Origin: a virus
Taxonomy: Duplodnaviria > Caudoviricetes
IMG/VR virus record: IMGVR_UViG_3300017722_005389
Strand: one strand, 5' to 3'
DNA length: 64,000 nucleotides
The notes under the pieces were generated by a model, which saw only the letters and a list, made by a program, of their open reading frames with translations, was not told the DNA's origin and searched no databases. Positions 28,219 to 38,401 of the stretch are shown piece by piece. Both the position numbers and the translations under genes were made by a program. Each line of letters begins with the position of its first letter. Position 1 is the stretch's first letter.

Positions 28219-29456
28219 ACTCTTGTTCCGATTATTGTCACCTTTAATCCTGCAGCAGTTCCGTTCCCGATTTGGTCTACATCTACCGTGATTTCCGCAT
28301 CATCAGCCAATGCTGTATCAGATATAACAGGAGCTGTAGCAGCAGTTGTACTTGTTTTTTCAGTATTATCTATTGTTAGTTTAGTACTTAAAATAGATGC
28401 TCCACCTTCATTTATATCCACAGTGAATATACTTCCTGAAGCCTGTGCAGTTGTTAATGAAGCCCTAACAGATGTGACTGTCATCGCATGAGGCATCCTA
28501 AATGTTACCTTATTTGTTCCTGCAGTGATAGCAGTTGTTTCATCTGAACATGCAACTTGTATTTCTACAGGTAAAGGTGCTAACTTACTAATAGCAATAG
28601 CAGCACTTGCAGAAACATCCGCATTTACGATTGTACTTGCAGGACTTTCAAATACTCCATTTACAACTTTTGCAATTCCTGAACCTGCAACTGAAGGTAA
28701 TGTTGTATGCACATGAGAAGGATGCAATGAATCAAAGTAAAATCTTATTTGTCTTGATTGATTAACATTTTTTTGTGCCCACAACTCAATATAAATTCTA
28801 TCGGTAGAAAGAATTGTCGTTTGTGGCATTGTAACATTAGCAATATATTGCGCTATAGTTACAGGGTCATAAACATAAACATCATCTGAACTTGCTAATA
28901 ATGTTGGTGCTGTAGAACCATCATATTTATAAACTCTAATCTGAAATTGTGTTTGATTTGCATTACCTGCGCCACCTAAAATATCAACCCAAATGTTAAA
29001 ATCCCACAAACCTGCAGGAATATTTGTAACAGAAGGATTTCCTGCAATAGTAACAAACCCACATACTAAACTATAAGAACCTTCTATTAAATTGGCAGAT
29101 GTAATAGAACCTGAACCAACGCTATAAGTTATTCCAAGTTGTGATGGGGCAACAGGTGAAGTTGGCAGTCCTGTTGTCGGAGATATGTTTGTTGTATTTT
29201 GATAATTGAAATAATAAAATATACCACCTCCGCCTGAACCCCCTGTGGGAACTGCCCCAGGAGTCCACGCACTACCGTTCCATTGTAATGTCTGACCATT
29301 TATTGGAGCTACATTGCTCACTGCATAGCCTTGTAGCCCATCCACCGTTGGATTTGGATATGTTCCCGATAAATCACCGCCTGCAGTTCCTGAAACTGTA
29401 CTACCTGATTCATAGTAATCAAAATTATTAGTAAATGGGTTTAATTTATATGACAT
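28215..29456 (-). CDS. Tail fibre/adaptor protein
   Basis: AGGDLSGTYPNPTV and PINGQTLQWNG fibre motifs; beta-rich C-terminal domain; late motif at 29509-29516. Confidence 0.65.
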   Translation of the reverse strand: MSYKLNPFTNNFDYYESGSTVSGTAGGDLSGTYPNPTVDGLQGYAVSNVAPINGQTLQWNGSAWTPGAVPTGGSGGGGIFYYFNYQNTTNISPTTGLPTSPVAPSQLGITYSVGSGSITSANLIEGSYSLVCGFVTIAGNPSVTNIPAGLWDFNIWVDILGGAGNANQTQFQIRVYKYDGSTAPTLLASSDDVYVYDPVTIAQYIANVTMPQTTILSTDRIYIELWAQKNVNQSRQIRFYFDSLHPSHVHTTLPSVAGSGIAKVVNGVFESPASTIVNADVSASAAIAISKLAPLPVEIQVACSDETTAITAGTNKVTFRMPHAMTVTSVRASLTTAQASGSIFTVDINEGGASILSTKLTIDNTEKTSTTAATAPVISDTALADDAEITVDVDQIGNGTAAGLKVTIIGTRV

Positions 29457-29595
29457 AATATATTAAAATTATGGAACTTGTACTTTATTGTAGTTGTTAT
29501 AATCTTATTATAAATACACTCATATAATTATAAAATCTCATTAGAAACTATTTAAATTAGCATTAGAACAATTATTTTTTAAAAATATATAAAAA

Positions 29596-29928
29596 GTGAA
29601 AATTTATTTAGACAATTTAAGAACTCCTTTAGACAATTCTTGGTTTCTTATAAGAAGCCATCATGATTTCATTCATAAAATTTCAACATCTTTTAATCAG
29701 ATTGAATGTATTTCTTTTGATGATGATTTAGGTGGAGAAAAAACTGGATTTGATTGTGCAAAATATTTGATAGAATATTGTATGAAGAATAATCTAACCC
29801 TTCCACAGACTTATGTACATTCAGCAAATTCTGTTGAAAGCGAAGATATTATTTTAAGTATAAATGGTTATTTAAATTTTATTGAAGAAACTCCAAATTG
29901 TAAATGGATTTCTATAGAACATTTTTAA
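29596..29928 (+). CDS. Cyclic-phosphate-processing receiver-like domain protein
   Basis: IYLDNLRTP...CISFDDDLG..TGFDCAKYL...VHSAN. Confidence 0.6.
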   Translation: MKIYLDNLRTPLDNSWFLIRSHHDFIHKISTSFNQIECISFDDDLGGEKTGFDCAKYLIEYCMKNNLTLPQTYVHSANSVESEDIILSINGYLNFIEETPNCKWISIEHF

Positions 29929-29937
29929 AACTTTCTT

Positions 29938-30306
29938 ATGAAAAAACTTTTATTCTTTTTATTACTTTCATTTAGCCTTTCAGCGCAAAATGTGAGTTTT
30001 AGTGTTGGTGAAATTCTTATAACGGATTCTAATAGAAATATGGAATCACATATCTTTTTAAAAGAAGGTGTGTTAAAGGTTAATTTGAAATCAAAATATC
30101 TCACATATCAAGCAGATCGTAAAAAAACAAAATTAAGAATCCTTGCATATACAAAATCTGATTATAATTCGATTGTCATTCAAACAAAAAGAGGCTATTC
30201 TTTTATAGTTTTTGAAGATTTTTTTGTAATGAGAAAGTTATTTACGTTTGAAAACTATTATATTTTTGTAGAACAACGATTATATACAATTATTAAAAAT
30301 ATATAA
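29938..30306 (+). CDS. Secreted hypothetical protein
   Basis: Signal peptide MKKLLFFLLLSFSLSAQ. Confidence 0.6.
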   Translation: MKKLLFFLLLSFSLSAQNVSFSVGEILITDSNRNMESHIFLKEGVLKVNLKSKYLTYQADRKKTKLRILAYTKSDYNSIVIQTKRGYSFIVFEDFFVMRKLFTFENYYIFVEQRLYTIIKNI

Positions 30307-30318
30307 AACATTTAAATT

Positions 30319-30693
30319 ATGCTTAAACATCAATACCAAGAAGCACTTTTGGTTTTCGCAATTCTTCTAATTTTTTCAATAGGTACATCATTTTCAGAAA
30401 TTTCCTTTTTAGGATCAATTGTAATCGGAATGATATTTATTGCTTGCCTACATTTTTATACAGATTTTTTGAAACGATCTTATGACGGTTTAAAAATTAA
30501 ACCTGGTGACAAAGTTTTAATTGAATTCTTTGGAAATCGTTATGAAGCTGAAGTTATCAAAATTTCATCAGAAAGTAGAGAAATTCCTGAAGAGGGTTCA
30601 GAACCTTCTTTTGAAAATGTAATTGTTTATGATTGCAAGGTTTCTTGGAGAAGCACTCATATAAGAACCTCAAAAATCTATAAAAAATTATAA
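30319..30693 (+). CDS. Membrane protein with SH3/KOW-like C-terminus
   Basis: Two TM helices then IKPGDKVLIEF. Confidence 0.5.
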   Translation: MLKHQYQEALLVFAILLIFSIGTSFSEISFLGSIVIGMIFIACLHFYTDFLKRSYDGLKIKPGDKVLIEFFGNRYEAEVIKISSESREIPEEGSEPSFENVIVYDCKVSWRSTHIRTSKIYKKL

Positions 30694-30696
30694 TTT

Positions 30697-31545
30697 ATGA
30701 ATAAACTTATCGAATTAAGAAGTGAAATAAACAATTATTTAGAAAAAAAACGAGAAGAATTTGCATTAACATTTGATGAATCAAACCACGTTTATTCAAT
30801 GTTAGATGTTAATGGAAATCTTAAAAGTGATTGGAAATCAGTTTCAAGAATAATCAAAAACTATTACGATGAATTCCCAGCAGAAGAAATCTCACTTAAA
30901 AAAGCAAATGGAGATATTTTAGAACAAGAGCGACTGCTTAAAGAATGGGCTGATGCTGGTTCATATGCTACTAATTTAGGAAGTAGGACACATTTTTTAT
31001 TGGAGAAAAAGTCTTTAGAAATGTTTAACATCAAAAAGGAAGTTAGACAGCCCATATTTGAATGCGATGCGGATCAATTACTAACAAGTGATAAGATGAT
31101 TAATGCTGGAGTCTCATTTTTAAATTTAATGAAGCAGAGAAATGCCTTATTATTTGATACTGAAACTGTTTTAGGTCATCCAGGATTGATGTTTACAGGT
31201 CAGCCTGATAAATTATGGTTAATTGAAAATAAAGAAAAAAATAAAATAGGGTTTTTAATCACAGACTATAAAACTAATAAGCCAAAGAATTTTGAAACTC
31301 AACATTATACGAAACCAATGAAAGCTCCATTTCAGCATTTACCTAATAATGCCTTTGGACATTATAATTTACAGTTACCATTATATGGCAAACTTTTAAC
31401 TGAAATGTTAAAGGGGAGTAAGTATGAAAATATTGGTATTTTTGGGGCAATAATAGTTCTCTTGAAAGAGAATGAAACATTTGAAGAATTCAGAATTCCG
31501 AATCAACTTATTAATCAAGTAATTAATTTAAAGATTACTATATAA
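30697..31545 (+). CDS. PD-(D/E)XK (Cas4/RecB-like) exonuclease
   Basis: GSRTHFLLE, GQPDKLWL, TDYKTNK, HYNLQLPLY. Confidence 0.75.
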   Translation: MNKLIELRSEINNYLEKKREEFALTFDESNHVYSMLDVNGNLKSDWKSVSRIIKNYYDEFPAEEISLKKANGDILEQERLLKEWADAGSYATNLGSRTHFLLEKKSLEMFNIKKEVRQPIFECDADQLLTSDKMINAGVSFLNLMKQRNALLFDTETVLGHPGLMFTGQPDKLWLIENKEKNKIGFLITDYKTNKPKNFETQHYTKPMKAPFQHLPNNAFGHYNLQLPLYGKLLTEMLKGSKYENIGIFGAIIVLLKENETFEEFRIPNQLINQVINLKITI

Positions 31546-31576
31546 AATAAGGTTGGAAATCCCAACCTTATTTTTT
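31545..31576. terminator. Bidirectional terminator
   Basis: AAAATAAGGTTGG-AAATC-CCAACCTTATTTT between convergent genes. Confidence 0.75.
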
Positions 31577-31879
31577 AATATCTTTGTTTACCAATTGTTT
31601 TGCTTCTTTTTCTGTTACTTTTTCTTTTGGTTTACCAAAAAATTTAGCAACTTCATCGATAGCTTTTAATAACTTTTGATAAAATGATTTTTCTTCTTTA
31701 TTTGCTCCATCTTCTGGAATGTAAGATTCAACAAATTTCGGATAACCTGTAGGTAATTGTTTATTACCCCTTGTATCTGAAAATGGTGTATTCATTTCAT
31801 TTTCCATCATTTTCTTTTTCTTAGATAACTCCTCTTTCACAAGAGTTTTAATCAACCTTTTGAATTCTATTTTATTCAT
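31568..31879 (-). CDS. Leader-bearing putative internal head protein
   Basis: MNKIEFKRLIKTLVKEE; late motif at 31892-31899. Confidence 0.55.
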   Translation of the reverse strand: MNKIEFKRLIKTLVKEELSKKKKMMENEMNTPFSDTRGNKQLPTGYPKFVESYIPEDGANKEEKSFYQKLLKAIDEVAKFFGKPKEKVTEKEAKQLVNKDIKK

Positions 31880-31943
31880 ATCTTTTTTATTTATAAATAT
31901 TCAGTATAAATAAAAATGGAAACAAAATATTTATTAATAAATA

Positions 31944-33572
31944 TTGATGAGTTCTAAGTGGAATAATTTTATAAATTCATTTGCAGATAGGAGTTCCTTT
32001 AGTAAATTAAATGAGCTTTCTACAGGAGTTTTATATGGTGGAACTATAACAAGTGATTACACTATCAATAAAGTTGATATTGAGGCAGGTGTAGGACAAT
32101 TACTAATAAAAGAAGATAACTGTGAATATTTAAGACAATTTTCATGGGAAACTATTATTAATTATGAAATAACTGATGTAGGTTCTTATGAATATACAGT
32201 TATTTATGTAGATAGATTTGGAACAATTCGTCAAAGGAAGACTATGCTTACCGATGAAGAATTAGAAACTAATATTGTTTTAGCTATTGTATTTCATATA
32301 GACAATATAAAGGTCAATCAAATCATTAATCAAAAGACAGTTCCATTAGATACACCAGGAAGAGTTATAACTTTCTTAAGAAAGCTTGGTTTAATGAGAA
32401 TAAATGGTCTTTCTGTCGAACCAAATATAGCAAGTTTGAAATTAAATCGTTCTGAAGGAACAATATTTGGGCTTGGAGTTAATTATTTTAGCGGTTCTAC
32501 AAATGTAGATGAATTATATCTTTCTGGTGAAACTTTTTGTAATATTCTTTATGTTTATAAGAATGGTACAGGTGGATTTGTTTATGATAACAATGGAGGA
32601 TTGTTTTATTCTGATTTAGATCCTAATTTTTATGATGATGGAACTGGAATTTTGCAGGCTTTGGGTGTTGATGAATGGACAGTGCAAAGATGTTTTTTAT
32701 TCCCAGAGAATCCTTCAGAACTTGTAATTTACTATGGGCAGTATAAATATGTTTCTTATGATGAAGCTAGAGCCTCTTTGGAATATGAAGTTTTTGATGA
32801 AGATGAAATTTCCAAAAGAAATGCAGTGTTCCTTGGATATATTATTGTAAAAAATGGAACAACTGATTCATCAGATTTGAATGATTGCAAAATATTACAA
32901 TCAGGGTTCATAAGAAATTTACCTATTGGTGGTGGAGGAAGTGGATCTACAGGAAGTACTATTTCACAAGATTTAGATTCTGTTTTAACTATTGGAAATA
33001 ATGCAGGTTCTAATGATATAGATTTGAACAATAATGATTTGTTGAATGTTGATAATATAAATTTAAATACTATTAATGGTGCTGCTTATCCTCCAACAGG
33101 AAGTACAATTGTAGATGCATCAGGGGTTACTTATGATAATGTTTCTTCTGGATTAAGTTCTACAGATGTTCAAGGGGCTATTGATGAATTAAATTTTCTT
33201 ATAGGTGGTATTACTGTAACCTCTGATAAAGGTTCATTTGGAGCGAGTGCAGATGCATCTACTCTTGGATTATTAGGGTATATTACTATACCTTATAATG
33301 GAACTATTACAGGATGGCAAGTTATTGGGGATGCAGTAGGGAGCTGTGTATTTGATATATGGAAAACTGCATCAGGAATTATCCCAACGGTAGCAAATAC
33401 AATTGCAGGGAGTGAGAAACCTACATTAACATCTCAGCTAATTAATTCTGATTTAAGTTTAAGTACATGGACTACAACTATTACTGCAGGAGATATAATT
33501 GGTATCAGTTTAGATTCGGCATCTTCATTGACAAGCATATGGCTTACAGTATTTACAACTAAATTACCTTAA
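31944..33572 (+). CDS. Tail fibre/adaptor structural protein
   Basis: QDLDSVLTIGN and DVQGAIDEL fibre motifs; beta-sandwich-like C-terminus; TATTTATT upstream. Confidence 0.6.
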   Translation: MMSSKWNNFINSFADRSSFSKLNELSTGVLYGGTITSDYTINKVDIEAGVGQLLIKEDNCEYLRQFSWETIINYEITDVGSYEYTVIYVDRFGTIRQRKTMLTDEELETNIVLAIVFHIDNIKVNQIINQKTVPLDTPGRVITFLRKLGLMRINGLSVEPNIASLKLNRSEGTIFGLGVNYFSGSTNVDELYLSGETFCNILYVYKNGTGGFVYDNNGGLFYSDLDPNFYDDGTGILQALGVDEWTVQRCFLFPENPSELVIYYGQYKYVSYDEARASLEYEVFDEDEISKRNAVFLGYIIVKNGTTDSSDLNDCKILQSGFIRNLPIGGGGSGSTGSTISQDLDSVLTIGNNAGSNDIDLNNNDLLNVDNINLNTINGAAYPPTGSTIVDASGVTYDNVSSGLSSTDVQGAIDELNFLIGGITVTSDKGSFGASADASTLGLLGYITIPYNGTITGWQVIGDAVGSCVFDIWKTASGIIPTVANTIAGSEKPTLTSQLINSDLSLSTWTTTITAGDIIGISLDSASSLTSIWLTVFTTKLP

Positions 33573-33574
33573 TT

Positions 33575-33838
33575 ATGAATTGGAAATTATTAAATAGGAG
33601 AGAAGTTCCTCAACAGCAAACATATTTTCAGTATGATGAAGAGGGTAATCCTATAGAGGGGGCTGAGACTACATTTGATTATGTGATGGTATATACTCTT
33701 GTGGAATATAATTTTCCTGAGAATAGTCAAACGGTACAAGTGGAAATCACTCATTTTAATCCTCAATCGGAGGAAGAGATTGAAATAGGGATACGTAATA
33801 GAGGAATTACTGAACAGCGTAAACTTTCTAATGGATAA
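33575..33838 (+). CDS. Small tail-fibre-associated protein
   Basis: Lies between the adaptor and the large beta-helix gene. Confidence 0.5.
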   Translation: MNWKLLNRREVPQQQTYFQYDEEGNPIEGAETTFDYVMVYTLVEYNFPENSQTVQVEITHFNPQSEEEIEIGIRNRGITEQRKLSNG

Positions 33839-33840
33839 AT

Positions 33841-36045
33841 ATGGCAAATAGATTTTGGGTAGGTGGTGGAACAGGAAATTATAATTCCACAACAAATTGG
33901 TCTGCATCATCAGGTGGGGCATCGGGTGCTTCTGTGCCAACAAATACAGATGATGTATTTTTCAATGCGAGTAGTGGAAGTGGAACTGCAACTATAAATG
34001 TTGCATCCAATTGTTTGAGTTTAAATCTAACAGGATTTGCAGGTACTATAAATTTTGCAAATACTTTATCTTTAAATGGTACTTCTATAAATTTTGGTAC
34101 AGGGGGATATACTGTTTCAGGTGCAAGTAATTTAAGATTATTAACTGCAATGACTATTACAAGTAATGGAACTATCTACACAGGAAATGTTGATTTTGCA
34201 GGGAATGTTATATATACGCTTGCAGATAATATGTCTGTATCAGGTACGGTTATTTTTTCAACTTCAGGTAATGCAACTTTAAATGGGAATACTTTTAATA
34301 TTAGAGGTAATTTAACTCATTCGGGTAATGGAACTGTATTAGGAACAACTTCATTTATTTTAGGTGGAACAGGAACTTGGAATCATACTGCTTCGGGTGC
34401 TATAAGAAATAATTTAACTGTAAATACTATAGGGACTATCACATTAGGAACAAATGTAAGATATAATACAGGCACTTTGACGTATACTACAGGAACTGTT
34501 GTAACTACAGGTTCTACTTTAAATATTGCTACAGCAACAACTTTAACTACAAATGGTATTACTTGGAATAATATTTCATCAAGTGGTTCAGTTGTTATAA
34601 CATTAGGAAGCAATTTAACTTTAACAGGAACATTAACTGTGACTTCAGCATTAAGTTTTACTTTAGGTGGAAACAGTTTAATAAGTACAAATGCTAATTT
34701 ATTTTTGGATAATGGGTCATTTACTTTACCTGCAAACCAAACATTTAAATCTTTACTTACAGGAAATCTTACAGCAGCAATAAATAGTAATACTTTAACT
34801 TTAACAGAAAATATTACATTGGCAGCACCTACTACAGGTACTTCATCAATTGTATATGGAGGAACAGGAACTTGGACTGCATCAACTTCTGCACATATTA
34901 TAAACAATAATTTCACAATAAATACAGCAGGAACATTAACCATATCGGGTATAGTGTATAAAGGGACAAATACTTTTACCTATACTGCTGGTACAATCGT
35001 AGATACGGGGGCTACCGTTGTAGTGGGTAGTAGTGCAGGTGGAACTACTTGTAATGTCGCAGGAAAAACTTGGGAAAAATTGTTGATAAGTGGAGGAGTA
35101 ATCACTCTCACAAGTAATATAAATGCGGTTACATTAGGAACAACCGCTAATACTGCAATTTCTTTTACTCTTGGAGGGAATACATTAAATTTCACTCATT
35201 TGGAATTAGGTAGTCTTAATACCACTACATTACCTTCTGCGTGGGTTTGTCAAAATATCAATTATACACTTGCTTCATCAGGGACAATAAATGGATTCAG
35301 TATAACAATAAATGGAAATATTGTACAATCGGGTAATGGTGTTTTAAATGGAACAACTACGTTTACTTATGGAGGAACAGGCACTTGGTCAAGAACAGGT
35401 ACTACTTATTTTACAAACAGTTTTACAATTAATACTGCAGGCACTTTAACATTTTCAGGTGGAAGTATTGGTGGAGGCATTTTTACATATACTGCAGGGA
35501 CTGTTAATGTACAAACAGGTTCTATATTATATATAAGACAAGCTAGTACTACTATGAATCATGGTAATATTGTTTGGTATGATGTTATATTGGGTACCGC
35601 ATTAGGTGCAGGGGGTATTCCAAGTTTAGTTTTAAATAATAAACTAACTTGTAGTAATTCTTTAATATTGGGAACATCTTCTACAGTTTTTTCAGGTACT
35701 GATGGTACATTTGATACTTATGATTTATATTTTGGTTCGCCTTTATCTTCAAGTCAAACAACAAGACTTGTTGCTACAAAAACATATACTGTAAGAAGAT
35801 TGGTACAATGTACGCAAGCTCCATCTACATTTCCATTAATTTTAAATAGTACAGTAGCAGGTACAAGAGCAATATTTACAGTTCTTAAAGGTTCAACTAT
35901 AGATATAGGGTTTTTAAATGTAACAGATATAAATTCTTCTTTAGGAAAAAAATTATATTCCTATAGAGGGGTGATATCAAATTCTTTAAATTGGGCACAA
36001 TTGCCAACAGATGTAAAACCTGCGACTTCTATATTTGTAAATTAA
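33841..36045 (+). CDS. Large beta-helical/adhesin-like receptor-binding protein
   Basis: 734 aa, T/G/N/S-rich; repeated GGTGTW..T...NNFTINTAGTLT...YTAGT units; N-terminal RFWVGGGTGN..NWS...VPTNTDDVFF. Confidence 0.65.
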   Translation: MANRFWVGGGTGNYNSTTNWSASSGGASGASVPTNTDDVFFNASSGSGTATINVASNCLSLNLTGFAGTINFANTLSLNGTSINFGTGGYTVSGASNLRLLTAMTITSNGTIYTGNVDFAGNVIYTLADNMSVSGTVIFSTSGNATLNGNTFNIRGNLTHSGNGTVLGTTSFILGGTGTWNHTASGAIRNNLTVNTIGTITLGTNVRYNTGTLTYTTGTVVTTGSTLNIATATTLTTNGITWNNISSSGSVVITLGSNLTLTGTLTVTSALSFTLGGNSLISTNANLFLDNGSFTLPANQTFKSLLTGNLTAAINSNTLTLTENITLAAPTTGTSSIVYGGTGTWTASTSAHIINNNFTINTAGTLTISGIVYKGTNTFTYTAGTIVDTGATVVVGSSAGGTTCNVAGKTWEKLLISGGVITLTSNINAVTLGTTANTAISFTLGGNTLNFTHLELGSLNTTTLPSAWVCQNINYTLASSGTINGFSITINGNIVQSGNGVLNGTTTFTYGGTGTWSRTGTTYFTNSFTINTAGTLTFSGGSIGGGIFTYTAGTVNVQTGSILYIRQASTTMNHGNIVWYDVILGTALGAGGIPSLVLNNKLTCSNSLILGTSSTVFSGTDGTFDTYDLYFGSPLSSSQTTRLVATKTYTVRRLVQCTQAPSTFPLILNSTVAGTRAIFTVLKGSTIDIGFLNVTDINSSLGKKLYSYRGVISNSLNWAQLPTDVKPATSIFVN

Positions 36046-36059
36046 AAACATTATAACAC

Positions 36060-36524
36060 ATGGCAAAATATTGGACTGATGATGAAGGTCTTGAAAACAT
36101 GAAAAAATATTGTGTTGAACAAGATAGATGTCAATCGGAAGTTAGAAGCAAACTTATAGATCACCAAATATACGGTGAAAGAACGGAAGGTATCATAGCG
36201 GATTTGATTTCCGAAGGATACATAGATGAGCAAAGGTTTGCAAATTCATATACCAGGGGGAAGTTCAGAATGAATCATTGGGGCAAAACAAAAATCAAAC
36301 AAGGATTAAAGCTGAAGCAGATATCGGAGTATTGCATCAAAAGAGCTTTTAAAGAGATTGATGATGAAGTTTATTTAGAAACCTTATCAAATCTTCTAAA
36401 GAAAAAAGTATCTTCAATATCTGGAAATACTTATCAAAAGAAACAAAAACTAATTCAATACGCTCTTTCAAAAGGCTTCGAAAATTATGCTATTGAAATA
36501 GCTTTAGAAAATGTTAGCTTCTAA
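36060..36524 (+). CDS. recX: RecX regulatory protein (Bacteroidetes-type)
   Basis: KYCVEQDRCQSEVRSKL...EGYIDEQRFANSYTRGKFRMNHWGKTKIKQGLK...ALSKGFE. Confidence 0.85.
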   Translation: MAKYWTDDEGLENMKKYCVEQDRCQSEVRSKLIDHQIYGERTEGIIADLISEGYIDEQRFANSYTRGKFRMNHWGKTKIKQGLKLKQISEYCIKRAFKEIDDEVYLETLSNLLKKKVSSISGNTYQKKQKLIQYALSKGFENYAIEIALENVSF

Positions 36525-36561
36525 TGAAAGTTTGAAAATTACTTTACTATTTATATCAAAA

Positions 36562-37341
36562 ATGATTTTACTTACAGAATCACAATTAAAACTATTAGTA
36601 GAACGTCAAGGTGATTTGGATTTTATTAAAACTTCAAATGAAATTTTTAATATTCTTTTTAAATTTACAAATTCTTTAGATGAAATTAAAAAAGATGGAT
36701 TACTCAGAAACGCTTTGGCAAACTTCCAAAGTAAGTTTCCTGAAATTTCTTTAGAAACCAAAAGAAGAAATCAAAAAATTGCGGATGTAATTTTGAAATA
36801 TACCATAAACTCAGAAGATTATTTTACTGAATTTGAAAATAAAGAACTTTCTTTTGAGATTTATTTTATTACCAATAAATTCAGATCTTATGGAGTTTAT
36901 GATGAACAGGGAATTATAAAAATTTATTGTGAAATGAATTCTTTAAAAGAATCATTTTCAGAAGCGTTTTTGAAACGTAAAGGTGAATTATCGCATGAGC
37001 TGAAACATTTTTATGACGATCAAAAAACAAAATTTAAAGCAAGTTCTAATTACCAGTATGCACCATCAAGATTGGTAAAAGGAAAAGAGAAAGATTTGAT
37101 GACAAAAAAATATTATAATCAGGCTTTTGAAAAAAATGCCTTCTTCACTACAATTTTACAAAAAGCAATTGAAATTTATGATTCATTGAAAGATGAATAT
37201 GGCACAAAAAATGAAGCGATCAAAGCTACATATAATGAATTAGAAGATTATATGGAAAGTCTTTATGATGATGGTTATTTTTCTGCAGACATAAAAAGAT
37301 ATATGCTTTCGAGGCTTTATACTTCTTTGGAAAAATTATGA
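36562..37341 (+). CDS. Leader-bearing protein with HExxH (zincin-like) motif
   Basis: MILLTESQLKLLVE leader, TATTTATA at 36548-36555, LSHELKHFYD. Confidence 0.55.
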   Translation: MILLTESQLKLLVERQGDLDFIKTSNEIFNILFKFTNSLDEIKKDGLLRNALANFQSKFPEISLETKRRNQKIADVILKYTINSEDYFTEFENKELSFEIYFITNKFRSYGVYDEQGIIKIYCEMNSLKESFSEAFLKRKGELSHELKHFYDDQKTKFKASSNYQYAPSRLVKGKEKDLMTKKYYNQAFEKNAFFTTILQKAIEIYDSLKDEYGTKNEAIKATYNELEDYMESLYDDGYFSADIKRYMLSRLYTSLEKL

Positions 37342-37363
37342 TATTTATAATAAAATTATTCTA

Positions 37364-37852
37364 ATGAAAAAAATTTTGATTCTTGAGGAGACTTATAAAC
37401 TTCTTTTTGAAAACATCAATGATTATTCGAAATGGAAAAGAAAAAATGTTACATTGAGAGGAATGAAATCACTTGGTGTTGATAATGGAGTTTGGGGTTC
37501 CTTTGGAAGAGGATTATATACTGAGCCTTTAAGTAATAAAGCAATGGCAAAACAGTATGGTGATGTTTATTTTGTAGTAAATGCTGTTCCAAAAAATCCT
37601 AAAATTGTAAATGGAATGAATAATGCAGAACTATGGAGACAAGATTTGGTTGAAAAATTCTGTAAAGCACATGGGGTTGATTATAGTGTAGGATTTTTTG
37701 AAGAGCACACTTCAATAGAAGAAGAAATGTTGAAATTAGGTTATGATGGCTTTATGATCAAAGGACGAGAAATGGTAAATTACAAACCTGAAAATATTAA
37801 ATATTTTAGAAATGAAGATGAATTAAAACGTTATTTTGAATCTATTAATTAG
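37364..37852 (+). CDS. Leader-bearing putative ADP-ribosyltransferase-fold protein
   Basis: MKKILILEETYKLLFE leader, TATTTATA at 37342-37349; TLRG...GRGLYT...AKQYG...PKNP...GYDG...REMV pattern. Confidence 0.45.
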   Translation: MKKILILEETYKLLFENINDYSKWKRKNVTLRGMKSLGVDNGVWGSFGRGLYTEPLSNKAMAKQYGDVYFVVNAVPKNPKIVNGMNNAELWRQDLVEKFCKAHGVDYSVGFFEEHTSIEEEMLKLGYDGFMIKGREMVNYKPENIKYFRNEDELKRYFESIN

Positions 37853-37895
37853 AAGAAATATAAAAAAAAGTTAAATACTAGAAAATAAATAATTA

Positions 37896-37927
37896 AAAAA
37901 AGGTGCTAAAAATTTTAGCACCTTTTT
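37896..37927. terminator. Bidirectional terminator
   Basis: AAAAAGGTGCTAAAA/TTTTAGCACCTTTTT inverted repeat between convergent genes. Confidence 0.75.
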
Positions 37928-37930
37928 GTT

Positions 37931-38335
37931 TTAATGTTTCAATGTCAGAAGATATTTTGTTTTTGCGGTTAAAGCCATAACTTCATCAAGAAGATTTTTT
38001 ATAAAGCTTTCTTCAATCTGCTCATAATACCCCATAATTTTTTTGCAGAAGCCTTCCATGTATTTCATGGAACAACCTTCACTGTAAGGTTTGAATCTCA
38101 ATCCAAACTCACCATTGGTACGTTGGTGAGCCCCCATATAAACTTCAACGAGATTGTCGCTTAAATCTGAGATACCTTCATAAAATGCTCCCAAAGCCAT
38201 ATGCTCTGAATAGAAAGTTGTTTGTTGATGCCAGAATTTGATTTGAATAGTGGCATGTTCAAGACATTGAAAAAGGTCTAAAGAATTCAATTCTTCCATT
38301 GAATCTCCAAATCCCATTGAATTTTTATACTCCAT
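37931..38335 (-). CDS. Ferritin/Dps-like four-helix protein (DUF5856-like)
   Basis: FWHQQT..YSEHMALGAFYEGISDLSDNLVEVYMG; late motif at 38350-38357. Confidence 0.6.
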   Translation of the reverse strand: MEYKNSMGFGDSMEELNSLDLFQCLEHATIQIKFWHQQTTFYSEHMALGAFYEGISDLSDNLVEVYMGAHQRTNGEFGLRFKPYSEGCSMKYMEGFCKKIMGYYEQIEESFIKNLLDEVMALTAKTKYLLTLKH

Positions 38336-38401
38336 ATTGAAACTTTTATTATAAATACTCTGTTAAGGATAAAATAAACAAGTATTAAATAAAAAAAGAT
38401 T

